From an uncultured bacterium (GTDB lineage Bacteria > Krumholzibacteriota > Krumholzibacteriia > LZORAL124-64-63), in contig CAVSZB010000005.1 of assembly GCA_963732385.1 (NCBI GenBank), positions 224,001-288,000 of the forward strand: 64,000 nucleotides of DNA, in the 5' to 3' direction. The translations under genes and the position numbers were made by a program. Under the pieces are notes generated by a model. That model did no database searches. It worked only from the letters and a program-made list of their open reading frames with translations, and was not told the origin of the DNA. Positions 38,153-48,155 of this stretch are shown piece after piece (positions within the stretch are counted from its first letter, which is position 1; each line of letters opens with the position of its first letter).

Positions 38153-40300
38153 GTGCTCGGCCTCTTCGTCCTGACCAGCTTTCTCTCCGCCGCGCTGCTG
38201 TTCGCCGTCGAACCGATGCTGGGGCGATTCGTATTGCCGCTGCTGGGAGGCAGTCCCGCCGTCTGGAACACCTGCGTGGTGTTCTTCCAGATCGTCCTGC
38301 TCGCCGGCTATGGCTACACGCACCTGACCACCCGCCGGCTGCGGCCACGCGCACAGGCGCTGGTGCACGCGCTGGTTGTTCTGGCGGCCTTCGTCTCGCT
38401 GCCGCTCGCGTTGCCCAATGGCGCCACCCCCCCCGTAACGGACATGCCGGCCGTCTGGCTGCTCGGCCTGCTCGCGGCCACCGCCGGCCTGCCCTTCTTC
38501 GCGGTCGCGACCACGGCTCCGCTCCTGCAGCACTGGTTCTCCCGCACTCGCCACCCGCGCGCCCACGACCCCTACTTCCTCTATGCCGCGGGCAACCTCG
38601 GCAGCGTGATCGGTCTGCTCGCCTACCCGCTGCTGATCGAGCCGGCGCTGGCTCTGCGCGCCCAGGGGGTCGCCTGGGCCATCGCCTTCGCGGGACTCGC
38701 GCTGGGTCTCGCCGGCTGCGCCGCCTTCATGTTGCGCGACGTGCGGGGCGGCGGCGGCGGCGGCGCGCCCGTCCCGACAGGCGCCGGCAAGCGCGGCAGT
38801 TCTGCCGCCGCCCCGTCGTGGAGCCGCCGCCTGCTGTGGCTCGTGCTGGCGGCCGTGCCGTCGAGTCTGACGCTCGGCGTGACCCAGTACATCTCGACCG
38901 ACCTCACCGCGATCCCGCTGGCGTGGATCGTGCCCCTGCTCGTCTACCTGCTGACTTTCGTGGCCGCTTTCTCGACGCGTATCCGACTGCCGCTGCGCGC
39001 TCTGGGCGTGGCCCTGCTGGTCGTCGCGCCCGGAGCGGGCGTCCTGCTCGCTCTGGCGGTGCATCAACCGGTGTTGCCGCTCATCCTGGCGCACCTGGTG
39101 GCGCTCGCCGTCGCCGCCCTCGTCTGCCACGGACGGCTGGCCGGCACGCGCCCGCACCCCGCGCACCTGACCGGCTTCTACTTCGCGATGGCGCTCGGAG
39201 GCGTGGTGGGCGGGGCTTTCAACGCCTTCGCGGCCCCGCTCCTGTTCGACTCGGTCCTGGAATACCCGATCGCCCTTCTGGCGGCCTGCCTCCTCGCTCC
39301 GGTCGGCGGCTGGCCGCAGCGGGGCAACGGCGCGGCGCGCGCCGTCGCCCGCACACTGCGCTGGTGGCGACCGGCTGCCGTCCCCCTTCTCGCCGCGGGA
39401 TTCGCCCTCGTCGCGCAGCATGCCGTCAACGTGGATCCAGGCGTGCGGGTCCTGCTGCGCTCGCGCACATTCTTCGGCGTGCACAAGGTCCTCGCGGATC
39501 GGGGCCAGTGGTACGACCTCATGAACGGCACGATCCTGCACGGAACGCAGTCACATCAGACGGATCCCCGCACAGGCTTCTACTGGGGGCGGATGCCGAC
39601 CGCGTACTACCACGAGTCCGGCCCGATCGGCGATGTCTTCCGCGTCTTCGGCGGGCAGCCCAAATTGGCCCGCGTCGCCGTGACCGGGCTGGGGGCAGGC
39701 ACTCTGGCGGCTTACGCTGTTCGGGGGCAGGAGATCGACTTCTACGAAATCGACCCCGAGGTCGCCCGCATCGCCTCGGACCGGCGTTACTTCACCTATT
39801 TGGCCGATGCGCGCGGGCGCGGCGCGGCCGTCAATGTCGTCATGGGCGACGGCCGCCTGACGCTCGCCCGCCACACCGGCTCCCCGTACGGCCTGATCGT
39901 GCTCGACGCCTTCTCGGGCGATGCCGTCCCCATCCACCTGCTCACACGCGAGGGAATGCTCGTCTATCGCGACCACCTCGCGCCGGGCGGCCTTCTCGCC
40001 TTCCACATCTCGAGCCAGTTCTTCGATTTCCGCCCCGTCCTCGCCGCGATCGCCAGGAACCTCGGCATGGTGGCCTGGTTCCGCGATGACTCGGAGTTGA
40101 CGGCTGCCGATCGGGACCGGGCGAAGCGCCCCTCCTGGTGGGTGCTGATCGCCCGCGCCGACGCTGACCTCGGCCCGCTCGCCCGGGACCCCAACTGGGT
40201 CCGGCTCTCGCCGTCGCCGCGGGTCCCGGTGTGGACCGACGATCACGCCAACCTGCTCGACGTCTTCATGCCGTCCATTTTTCCCGGCCGAGGGAACTAG
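38153..40300 (+). CDS. fused MFS-like membrane / spermidine-synthase-like SAM-dependent protein
   Basis: FLSA.LLF..EP, LGGSPAVWNT, GLGAGTLA, YEIDP, GDGRL, DAFSGD..P.HLLT and WTDD. Confidence 0.9.
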   Translation: MLGLFVLTSFLSAALLFAVEPMLGRFVLPLLGGSPAVWNTCVVFFQIVLLAGYGYTHLTTRRLRPRAQALVHALVVLAAFVSLPLALPNGATPPVTDMPAVWLLGLLAATAGLPFFAVATTAPLLQHWFSRTRHPRAHDPYFLYAAGNLGSVIGLLAYPLLIEPALALRAQGVAWAIAFAGLALGLAGCAAFMLRDVRGGGGGGAPVPTGAGKRGSSAAAPSWSRRLLWLVLAAVPSSLTLGVTQYISTDLTAIPLAWIVPLLVYLLTFVAAFSTRIRLPLRALGVALLVVAPGAGVLLALAVHQPVLPLILAHLVALAVAALVCHGRLAGTRPHPAHLTGFYFAMALGGVVGGAFNAFAAPLLFDSVLEYPIALLAACLLAPVGGWPQRGNGAARAVARTLRWWRPAAVPLLAAGFALVAQHAVNVDPGVRVLLRSRTFFGVHKVLADRGQWYDLMNGTILHGTQSHQTDPRTGFYWGRMPTAYYHESGPIGDVFRVFGGQPKLARVAVTGLGAGTLAAYAVRGQEIDFYEIDPEVARIASDRRYFTYLADARGRGAAVNVVMGDGRLTLARHTGSPYGLIVLDAFSGDAVPIHLLTREGMLVYRDHLAPGGLLAFHISSQFFDFRPVLAAIARNLGMVAWFRDDSELTAADRDRAKRPSWWVLIARADADLGPLARDPNWVRLSPSPRVPVWTDDHANLLDVFMPSIFPGRGN

Positions 40301-40339
40301 CTCCCGCCCGGCGGCGCCATCTGGTTGCCGTCATCTTTC

Positions 40340-42067
40340 CTACCGGGTGATGACTAGTCGCGCCACTCGCGATTCACCGCGCGCCGTCAGCCGTGCGTAA
40401 TAGACGCCCGCGGGCACTGGTCGCCCCGCGGCATCTTGCCCGTCCCAGCCCAGCACGTGCTCGCCGACTGCCGCGGACTCGTTGAAAAGCGCTCGCACGA
40501 GTCGCCCCCGCACGTCGTACAGATCGACCCTGGCGCTTGCGGCGGCGCCCAGCGCGAAGCGCAGCGCACTCCCACCGCCCGAAGGATTCGGCCCGTTGAT
40601 CGCAAGTTCGAGGTCCCCCGCCCGGTTCCCGTCCGCGACGCCGACCACCAGGGGAGCCCCCAGCGTGCCGTCGGCGCCGATCCTGCTGGCGTAGATGTCC
40701 CAACTCGGGTTCACGCGATAGTCTTCCCACACGACGACGGCACCGCCCGCACCATCGCCGAGGATGGCCGGCAGGGTCTGGCTGTCAGCCGCGGTCGAGA
40801 CGGCGACTCCGTTGGCCGCCCACTGGCCGATGCCGGTCGTGTCGAGGCGCTGGGCGAAGATGTCATAGTAGTAGCCGTCCGTGCGGCGATCCTGCCACGT
40901 GATGACCGCCCCGCCGGCGCCATCGCGCGCGATCGCCGCCACGGCCTGATCGTAGGCGGCCCCCGAGACGAGCGTCCCGTCGGCAGCCCACAGCCCGACG
41001 CCCGCGGCGTCGAGACGCTGCGCGTAGACATCGTAGCCGGCCCCGGAGCGCTTGTCGTTCCAGGCGATGATCGCCCCGCCGCTGCCGTCGCCGGCCAGGA
41101 CGGGCGCCTCCTGATAGTCCGCGGCCACGCAGACGCTGTCCCCCCCGGCCGTCCACTGCGCGGCCCCTGCGCCGTCGATCTTCTGCGCATAGATGTCGGA
41201 GCTGGAGCCACGGCGGTAGTCCTGCCAGGCGATGATCGCCCCGCCGGATCCGTCACTGACGATGTTGGGGTAGATCTGGAAACTGCTCTCCGTCGAAATG
41301 GCCACGCCGTTGGGCGTCCATTGCGCCACGCCGGCACTGCTGATGCGCTGGGCGTAGACGTCGTTGTCGCCCCCGCGCTGGTCGTACCACGTGATGATGG
41401 CGCCGCCGGCGCCGTCGGTGACGATCATCGGCCGTCGCTGGGCCGTCACGGCCGTGCAGACCGCGACTCCGTTGGGCGTCCATTGCACCACGCCCAGGGA
41501 ATCGACCCGCTGGGCGTAGATGTCGTAGTTGGTTCCGCGACCATCCTCCCAGGTGATGATCGCGCCCCCGCCGCCATCGCTGACGATCTGCGGCTTGCCC
41601 TGGGTTCCGGCCAGCACGCAGATCCCGAGACCGTCGGCCGCCCACTGCACCGTTCCGGACGCGGTGACACGACGGGCGTAGATGTCACGGTTGAAACCGC
41701 CGGGACGGTTATCCTCCCACGTGACGATGGCTCCGCCGGCGCCGTCGCCCACGAGCATGGGATATTCCTGGGCAAGCGCCGCCATGGACAGAGCGATGCC
41801 GTTGACCGCCCATTCCGCCGCACCCGTCCGATCCATCCGCTGGACATAGATGTCCGCGTAGCCGTTCCTGTGGTCCTGCCAGGCTATGATCGCACCATCG
41901 GCGCTATCGCCTGTAATCGAGGGAAGCCGTTGATTGCCCGTTGAAGTGCAGATCGGATTGTTTGTCGTCTGATCACCGGACCATTGGGCAAGAGACGGCG
42001 TGGCGCACAGGCACACCATGAGGGCCCAGGGAAATCTGGCGCGCAGGAAATTGGCAGAGGCTTTCAT
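40340..42067 (-). CDS. secreted repeat (beta-propeller) protein with FlgD-Ig/T9SS-like CTD
   Basis: Seven DGxGGAIIxWxDxR...DIYAQR repeats and a C-terminal PNP...YDVRGRLVR.L...WDG.D..G..V.AGVYY. Confidence 0.85.
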   Translation of the reverse strand: MKASANFLRARFPWALMVCLCATPSLAQWSGDQTTNNPICTSTGNQRLPSITGDSADGAIIAWQDHRNGYADIYVQRMDRTGAAEWAVNGIALSMAALAQEYPMLVGDGAGGAIVTWEDNRPGGFNRDIYARRVTASGTVQWAADGLGICVLAGTQGKPQIVSDGGGGAIITWEDGRGTNYDIYAQRVDSLGVVQWTPNGVAVCTAVTAQRRPMIVTDGAGGAIITWYDQRGGDNDVYAQRISSAGVAQWTPNGVAISTESSFQIYPNIVSDGSGGAIIAWQDYRRGSSSDIYAQKIDGAGAAQWTAGGDSVCVAADYQEAPVLAGDGSGGAIIAWNDKRSGAGYDVYAQRLDAAGVGLWAADGTLVSGAAYDQAVAAIARDGAGGAVITWQDRRTDGYYYDIFAQRLDTTGIGQWAANGVAVSTAADSQTLPAILGDGAGGAVVVWEDYRVNPSWDIYASRIGADGTLGAPLVVGVADGNRAGDLELAINGPNPSGGGSALRFALGAAASARVDLYDVRGRLVRALFNESAAVGEHVLGWDGQDAAGRPVPAGVYYARLTARGESRVARLVITR

Positions 42068-42536
42068 CGGATCTCCCATTCGGAAACGTTCACCAGTAGT
42101 GATGGTTCTTGCTGGCCCGTTCGTCAGACTTCGCCCACGGCCGTTTCGGCAGCGATGGAGAAGATCGCCGAGCAGCCATGGCTCACTCACGCCTGGGCCG
42201 TCGCGCAGGCCGGAAGCAGGACTGTGGCAATCAGCAGGAGCGTGAGGGAACTGCGCATGGCGGTAGTCCATTCGGTTGATGATCCCTGTCAGGATTGCCG
42301 CGTCCGGCCGGAACGCGGGCGGCGCCTGAATACCGACTAAAACCTATCGGATTAATGGGAGTTATGTCAATCAGAATGGGAAACGCCGATCCGAGGCTCA
42401 GCAGAGACGGCTTCCGACCCCGTCGTGAGCGGCCGCGACCTCTCTCCGGGCGGAATTTCCGCCCCGACACCCACACCCCAATTCGCGCCCCCGCACAGGG
42501 ACGGGTGGGATTATTGAAAGGCACAGGGGGGGACGA

Positions 42537-44261
42537 TCACCACACAGCAAGGAACCGCCGATACCGGCCGTACTTCTCGCTCGACATTCGTTCATTCATG
42601 ACCATGGCCTCAAGCCAACCGTGAAACTCCTCGGCCCGCGCCCGCAGCGCGGATCGCGGGATGCCCAAGACGTCGCGATCGGGGATCTGCAGCTCCCGCG
42701 TCGCATCCAGAGCAAGCGCCCGCGCCAGATGCGCAGCAGCCCGCTCGTAGTTTCCGGCGATGACATGAAGCTCCGCAGCGTAGAGCAGTGCATCGTGGGT
42801 GGTCCCCCACACTTGGAATCCACGGCCCTTCTCGCAAAGCACGAATGCATCGGCCGGCGTCTCCAGCAAGGAGTTCGTCCACTGGGCGCGACCCAACGGG
42901 CCCAGCAGCAGTCCCACCCCCAGCGGTCCCGCGAGCGCGGTGTACCGCGGGGTCTCGAGGGCTGCCTTGGCAGTGGCCGGACCGCGATCACCGTCGTGAG
43001 TTGTCAATTGTGCCTGGAAGATGAACAGATCGAATGGACCACTCCTGGATTCCGGCGGCAGGAACTCGCGGATTGCCTTGGCAGCTTCGCGCGCTGTCTG
43101 TGACGCGCAAACCACCGGATCGGCCGGAAGGCCATCCGCCTCCGGCCTCGATATCCATTCGCGCATTGTGACTTGGCCCCAGAAGATCGTTCCGATTGCC
43201 AACCCTGCGGCGGTCAAACCGTTCAATCGCAAACGGACAGGCACCAGGCTAGCCAGGGTGAGAGAACCGGCTGCAGCCGCCAAGTACCCCATGTAGGGCC
43301 GGGCCTGGTTGACGAGCGGCAACACCGGTCCAAGGCTCAGCAGGGCGCAGGCCCAGGCCGTCAACGGCAGTTGCCGTCCGCGACGCCAGGCCTGCGCGCC
43401 GTACACTCCCCACGCCACGAAGAGGGCGATGCCGACCCCGGCCAGGGTCCAGGTCACCTGCGCGGTGAAGACCGGGCCCGGCGTGGGCAGCCACCAGCCG
43501 AACTTGCCCAGATTGCCCAGCATCACCAGCGCCCCGCCAAGAGCATACGGATCACGTGGCCCCGTGGCGAAATGCCGGAGGATCAGCGCACTCTCCCACG
43601 CGGCAACGCCGGCAACAAGAACCGCCACGCTCCAACGGAGACGGACGCCAACGCCCCCCGAGGCGCGACGCGCAACCAGCGACGCCATGAAGAAGAATGG
43701 CAGCGCGAGCGCCGACTCCTTCGCCAGGATCGAGCCGATCCCCAGCAGGCCCGCAAGCAGTACATCGGCGCGCCCGACAGCCAGCCATCTCTCGATGGCC
43801 AACAACGCCAGCACTCCGCCCAGTAGCTCCTGAATACCCGAGGCCCAGTACAGCGGAGTGAATGCGATCGGTGTGGCTGCGAACAGCAGTCCGGCCAGCA
43901 ACTGCGCCGGCGGCCCCAACGATGCCCGCCGCGCAATCCCGACAACGGTCACCGCAGCGATCGCGTGCAGTAGAATGCGCAGCCACGCGTGCGCCGCCGC
44001 ATCGAGGCCGAACAACGGCCACGTGATGGACCACCAGGCGTGCTGACTCAACCACCGAGCCGGGAATCCCGCAGGGACCTCGATCCGACCGGCAGCGCGG
44101 GCAAGCTGACCCCAGTCGTCCAGGCACCACCAGGACCCCAAGGCAGGTATCCTGGCTAAGACAGCGACGGGCAGCACGGCCATCGGGATCGCCCAGGCGC
44201 GCCCGACCACCAACGCCTCGAAGCCGCGCCACGAGGCTTCAGTACGTGCCTGCTTCTGCAT
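42537..44261 (-). CDS. polytopic membrane protein, GT-C glycosyltransferase-like
   Basis: W.LDDW after TM1, W.SG..EL, LAKES and many transmembrane helices. Confidence 0.65.
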   Translation of the reverse strand: MQKQARTEASWRGFEALVVGRAWAIPMAVLPVAVLARIPALGSWWCLDDWGQLARAAGRIEVPAGFPARWLSQHAWWSITWPLFGLDAAAHAWLRILLHAIAAVTVVGIARRASLGPPAQLLAGLLFAATPIAFTPLYWASGIQELLGGVLALLAIERWLAVGRADVLLAGLLGIGSILAKESALALPFFFMASLVARRASGGVGVRLRWSVAVLVAGVAAWESALILRHFATGPRDPYALGGALVMLGNLGKFGWWLPTPGPVFTAQVTWTLAGVGIALFVAWGVYGAQAWRRGRQLPLTAWACALLSLGPVLPLVNQARPYMGYLAAAAGSLTLASLVPVRLRLNGLTAAGLAIGTIFWGQVTMREWISRPEADGLPADPVVCASQTAREAAKAIREFLPPESRSGPFDLFIFQAQLTTHDGDRGPATAKAALETPRYTALAGPLGVGLLLGPLGRAQWTNSLLETPADAFVLCEKGRGFQVWGTTHDALLYAAELHVIAGNYERAAAHLARALALDATRELQIPDRDVLGIPRSALRARAEEFHGWLEAMVMNERMSSEKYGRYRRFLAVW

Positions 44262-44559
44262 GCTCACGTCCCCGTCGCTCCTGGCCAAAGCGCGCCCCCA
44301 CGTCCCGTGAGTTCTGGGGCCGACAGAGCCACAAGGGGGGCTGAAACCATGCCATGCAAATGTGCATCGCTCATGCCAGTCATGATTGCCCTCCGCCTTC
44401 AGGTACAATCATCGCGTCGAGGACATCTGCTCCGCTGCTGCAGTGGCCTTCATAATTAGCCGCCCAACCAGCCGCTGTTAACCAGGGGAAGAAAGCCAGG
44501 TCACCCCCGCGCTGGTCGATTCGTGGTGGGGAGAGCAGGTCGGTGGGCGGGGGCTGTAC

Positions 44560-45048
44560 CTAACGATAGATAGCCTTAATCGTACCCCAACTGGCGCCTT
44601 GTTGGGCCACGGTGGCTCGAGAAACCCAGCTGTAGCCACAAAGCCCGTCGTCCATGCTTAGGTGCTTGTCTCCGGTGTCGGGATACACAACGACCTGCAC
44701 GAAAGCATACCTGGTCGTAGATTCTCCAATCGTGGTGTCCAGCATGTCAACGGGGATGCCAAGAAGGCCCGGCACCTGGGAGAGAACGTACGTGCCCTGC
44801 GCCTGCAGAACGCCGTTGCGGAAGGTACGGTAGATCGCGCCGTCGGCGGCTGCGCCATACTGGCACTGCAGAGTGAAACCCTCTGTCTGAGGCGTCGAGA
44901 CCACGCTGCCATCGTCACATCCGGTGCTTGCCCATTCCCATGAGCCAACAATGAGATCCGCGACCTGCGCCCCGGACAGCAGGGGGGCTCCAATCACGAG
45001 AACAACGAGCAGAAGAGTGGCCGTCAGGTTTTTCAAGAGTCGCAGCAT
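44560..45048 (-). CDS. small secreted protein with C-terminal WGTIKAIYR motif
   Basis: Signal peptide and a lipocalin-like IVGSWEW start. Ends VAQQGASWGTIKAIYR. Confidence 0.75.
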   Translation of the reverse strand: MLRLLKNLTATLLLVVLVIGAPLLSGAQVADLIVGSWEWASTGCDDGSVVSTPQTEGFTLQCQYGAAADGAIYRTFRNGVLQAQGTYVLSQVPGLLGIPVDMLDTTIGESTTRYAFVQVVVYPDTGDKHLSMDDGLCGYSWVSRATVAQQGASWGTIKAIYR

Positions 45049-45645
45049 CCCCTCTGGGCCTCGGCTAATTATGGGGGGAGCGCCGAGACGGAGTCAATGG
45101 GCGCGGCCGGCACCACCGGCAACAACAACCAATTGAGTTTTCACTTGTGCCAGCCAGAATGAAGAAAGCACGTTTTGGAGAATCAAAGAGCTTCCAGCGT
45201 CCATACCGCCCGGGCAATTTCTCTCTCCACGTCTCTCCCCAATACCGACCCCCGCACCCCAAAACCCGCCCTCGTAACCCGCTGCAACTGCGCCACAAAC
45301 AAACGCCCCGATCCAACCCAGACCGGGGCGACCGTCAACTTCTCTGCAAGTCGTTGCTACACTGAAAGTTGTTGGCTCGTCAGGCTGGACTCGAACCGGA
45401 AGCCCGTCGTTCACAGCCATATGCCTACCATTGATATGCCGGGTGATGCCGGGTGTCGAACTACACGCCACGGGGACTATTTGGCGTGCTGAAAGATCGC
45501 CAGGAATCCGAATACCAGATAATGTTCTGATGTTCTCCGTCCGCAATCCGGGCCTCATCCGCTTCGAGCCGGTGCGCCGGGTGCGACCGTATTCTCCGCG
45601 GCACGGGGCTTGAGACTCGCTCCTTCGACGGTTACTGTGGCGGCC

Positions 45646-46933
45646 ATGTTCGATCGCCTCGCATTGTCCCTCGCCCCCACGATCGTCTGCCGCTGGCTGC
45701 TGCTGGCGGCGGCAGCGGTGTCCGTTCGGGCCGCAGCGGCCCCGTCGGAGGACCGGCCGGATTCCACCATCGGTGTGACCATCGCCGCCTGCGGTCGGCG
45801 CCCCTGCCGGATCGCGCTGGCCGCAGTATCGCCCCCTGGCCGAGGCCCTTTCCCGCTGGCGGGCGCTCGACGGGAGCGCCTGGCGCGACTCCCTGCCACG
45901 CGTGCCGCGGGTCGATCCGGGCGACCGGTATTGCGGTCTGGCGGACGTGGCGCGGCGTTTGCGCGTGCTGGGCGATCTTTCGGCGGCAGCCGACAGCGCG
46001 TCCGAGGACAGCCTGTACGGCGAACCGCTGCTGTCTGCCGTGCACCGCTTCCAGGCACGGCACGGTCTGGCTTCCGACGGGGTGATCGGCCGCGCCACCT
46101 TCGGCCAGCTCGACATTCCGCCGGCGGGCCGCGCCCGGCAGATCGAGTTGTCGCTGGCGCGCCTGGACCGGCTGCCGGAGCCGCCCGCCGGTCCGGCGAT
46201 CGTCGTCAACATCCCGGCGTTCCGGCTGTACGGCTTCGCCTCCGCCGTTGGCGACACCGCGCCCTCGCTCGAGATGGGGGTGATCGTCGGCAAGGTCGCC
46301 ACGCCGACACCGGTGTTCGCGGACACGATGCGCTACGTCATCCTGCGCCCGTTCTGGCACCCGCCGCGCAGCATCATCACCGGTGAGATCCTGCCCGCCA
46401 TCGAGCAGGATCCGGGCTATCTCGACGCCCACGAGATGGAGCTCTGCCCCTCGGCGAACGACCTGGTGCCGGCCCTGCCGCTCACGCCGGAAAATCTCGA
46501 GCGCCTGCGCGCCGGCACCGCGCGCGTGCGCCAGCGCCCCGGCCCGCGGAACACGCTCGGCCTGGTGAAATTCCTGTTCCCCAACCGACACATGATCTAC
46601 CTGCACGGGGCATCAGGGTACGCACTCTTCGCGCGGACGCGACGCGACTTCAGCCACGGCTGCGTGCGGGTGGAGGATCCCGAGGCGCTGGCGGAGTTCG
46701 TGCTGGCGGGCGAGCCGGGCTGGACGCGGCAGGAGATTGCCGGGGCGATGGAGGGGGAGAAATCGACGCGCGTGGACCTCACCCACACGCTCCCGGTCAT
46801 CATCACCTACCTGACCGCCTGGCCCCGCGGGGACGGTGTGATCGTTTTCTGCGAGGATCTCTACGACCTGGATGCGGCGGAAACGCTCCCCGTACCGCCG
46901 GCGGCCATGGAGACGCTGATCTCCGCGCCCTGA
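45646..46933 (+). pseudogene. L,D-transpeptidase (YcbB/LdtD-like), frameshifted near 45780-45810
   Basis: A signal peptide lies in frame 1 from the ATG at 45646. The catalytic frame 2 opens after the TGA at 45776-45778 and carries FQARHGL..DG.IG, VNIP, IYLHG and SHGCVRV. Confidence 0.7.
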
Positions 46934-46946
46934 TCCCACCGTTGCG

Positions 46947-47942
46947 TCAGAGGCTCAGATCCCCCCGTGCGAGCAGCGTGCGGGTGGAGCCGTCCGCGTA
47001 CGTGGCGACGAGGGTCGGCTGGTGGAAGAGGAAGTCGAGGTGGGTGCAGGAGACATTGCGCCCGCCCGGCATGTCCTCGTTGTTGCCGAACGCCACGTGG
47101 GCGGTGTGCAGCGCCTTCTCGTCTTCGAGCATGCGGCCCACGATGCGCGCGCCGGGGTTGATGCCGATCCCCAGTTCGCCGATCACCGCGGCCCACGGAT
47201 CGAGCGACGTGAGCCTTGCCAATTCCTGCTGCAGCTCGTCGTTTCCGCCCGCGATCCGCGCGATGCGCCCTCCCCGCACGTGGACCCGCACCGGCTGGGG
47301 TGGCGGTCCAAGCGCGCCGATCGAGCCGTCGGCGACCAGGATCCCCTCGGCGTCCGACTCCACCGGCGCCGCGTAGATCTCGCCGCACGGCAGATTGACC
47401 ATGGCCCCGACGCCACCGCGGCAGTCGTGCACGAAGGGGCGGCCGAACAGCCCCAAGGACAGGTCGGTGCCGCCCGGCGCCGTGATGCGCGCCGAGATGG
47501 CGCCCTCGAACGCGGCGACCAGGCGATCGGCCGTTTCGACCATGGCGCCGTAGTCGACCGCCAGCGGACCGTTCTCGAACATCTCCTCGGTGATGCCGGG
47601 ACTGTGGCCGCAGCGGATGCGTCCGGTCGCCCCGATGCGCTGGAGCCACGCCACGCGGAACGGGATCTCGTCGTTGCGGGCCTGCAGCGCGTTGACGACG
47701 ATCGTGACGTCATCCAGGAGCCCGACAAGTTCGGGTGGCGTCTCGCGCAGCGGCCGTGCCGACTCCGGGAGCGTGTAGAGACGCGCCGGGCAGCCGATCC
47801 CCGCGGCCGCGGCGTGGAACGCCTCGCCGATGCGGCGGCGGCTCTCGTCCGTGACGACCAGGACCGTGTCGTCGGGGGCGAGCCCGAGAACGTGGATGAG
47901 GGCATTGCGGGCGACAGCGATCAGGCTGCTGAGGTCTGTCAT
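46947..47942 (-). CDS. M29-like leucyl aminopeptidase
   Basis: NLPCGEIY, GELGIGINP, EDEK...HVAFGNN and HLD. Confidence 0.85.
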   Translation of the reverse strand: MTDLSSLIAVARNALIHVLGLAPDDTVLVVTDESRRRIGEAFHAAAAGIGCPARLYTLPESARPLRETPPELVGLLDDVTIVVNALQARNDEIPFRVAWLQRIGATGRIRCGHSPGITEEMFENGPLAVDYGAMVETADRLVAAFEGAISARITAPGGTDLSLGLFGRPFVHDCRGGVGAMVNLPCGEIYAAPVESDAEGILVADGSIGALGPPPQPVRVHVRGGRIARIAGGNDELQQELARLTSLDPWAAVIGELGIGINPGARIVGRMLEDEKALHTAHVAFGNNEDMPGGRNVSCTHLDFLFHQPTLVATYADGSTRTLLARGDLSL

Positions 47943-48155
47943 GTGCCGTGCTCCAGGCCGGACGAGTCGTGGGGCGTGATACATAAGTACGCGCGATCCG
48001 GCCCCGGGGTTCCGCGCCCGCCGCAAGACAGTTGCCGCCCCCCGCGCCTGAGGCTACATTTCATGGGTCAGGCTGCGGCCGCCCGCGCCGGCCACGCCGG
48101 AAACCTTCCGGAGCGCCGGGCGCAGGGACCGCCGCCACGGCGATCGGATCGCGCC

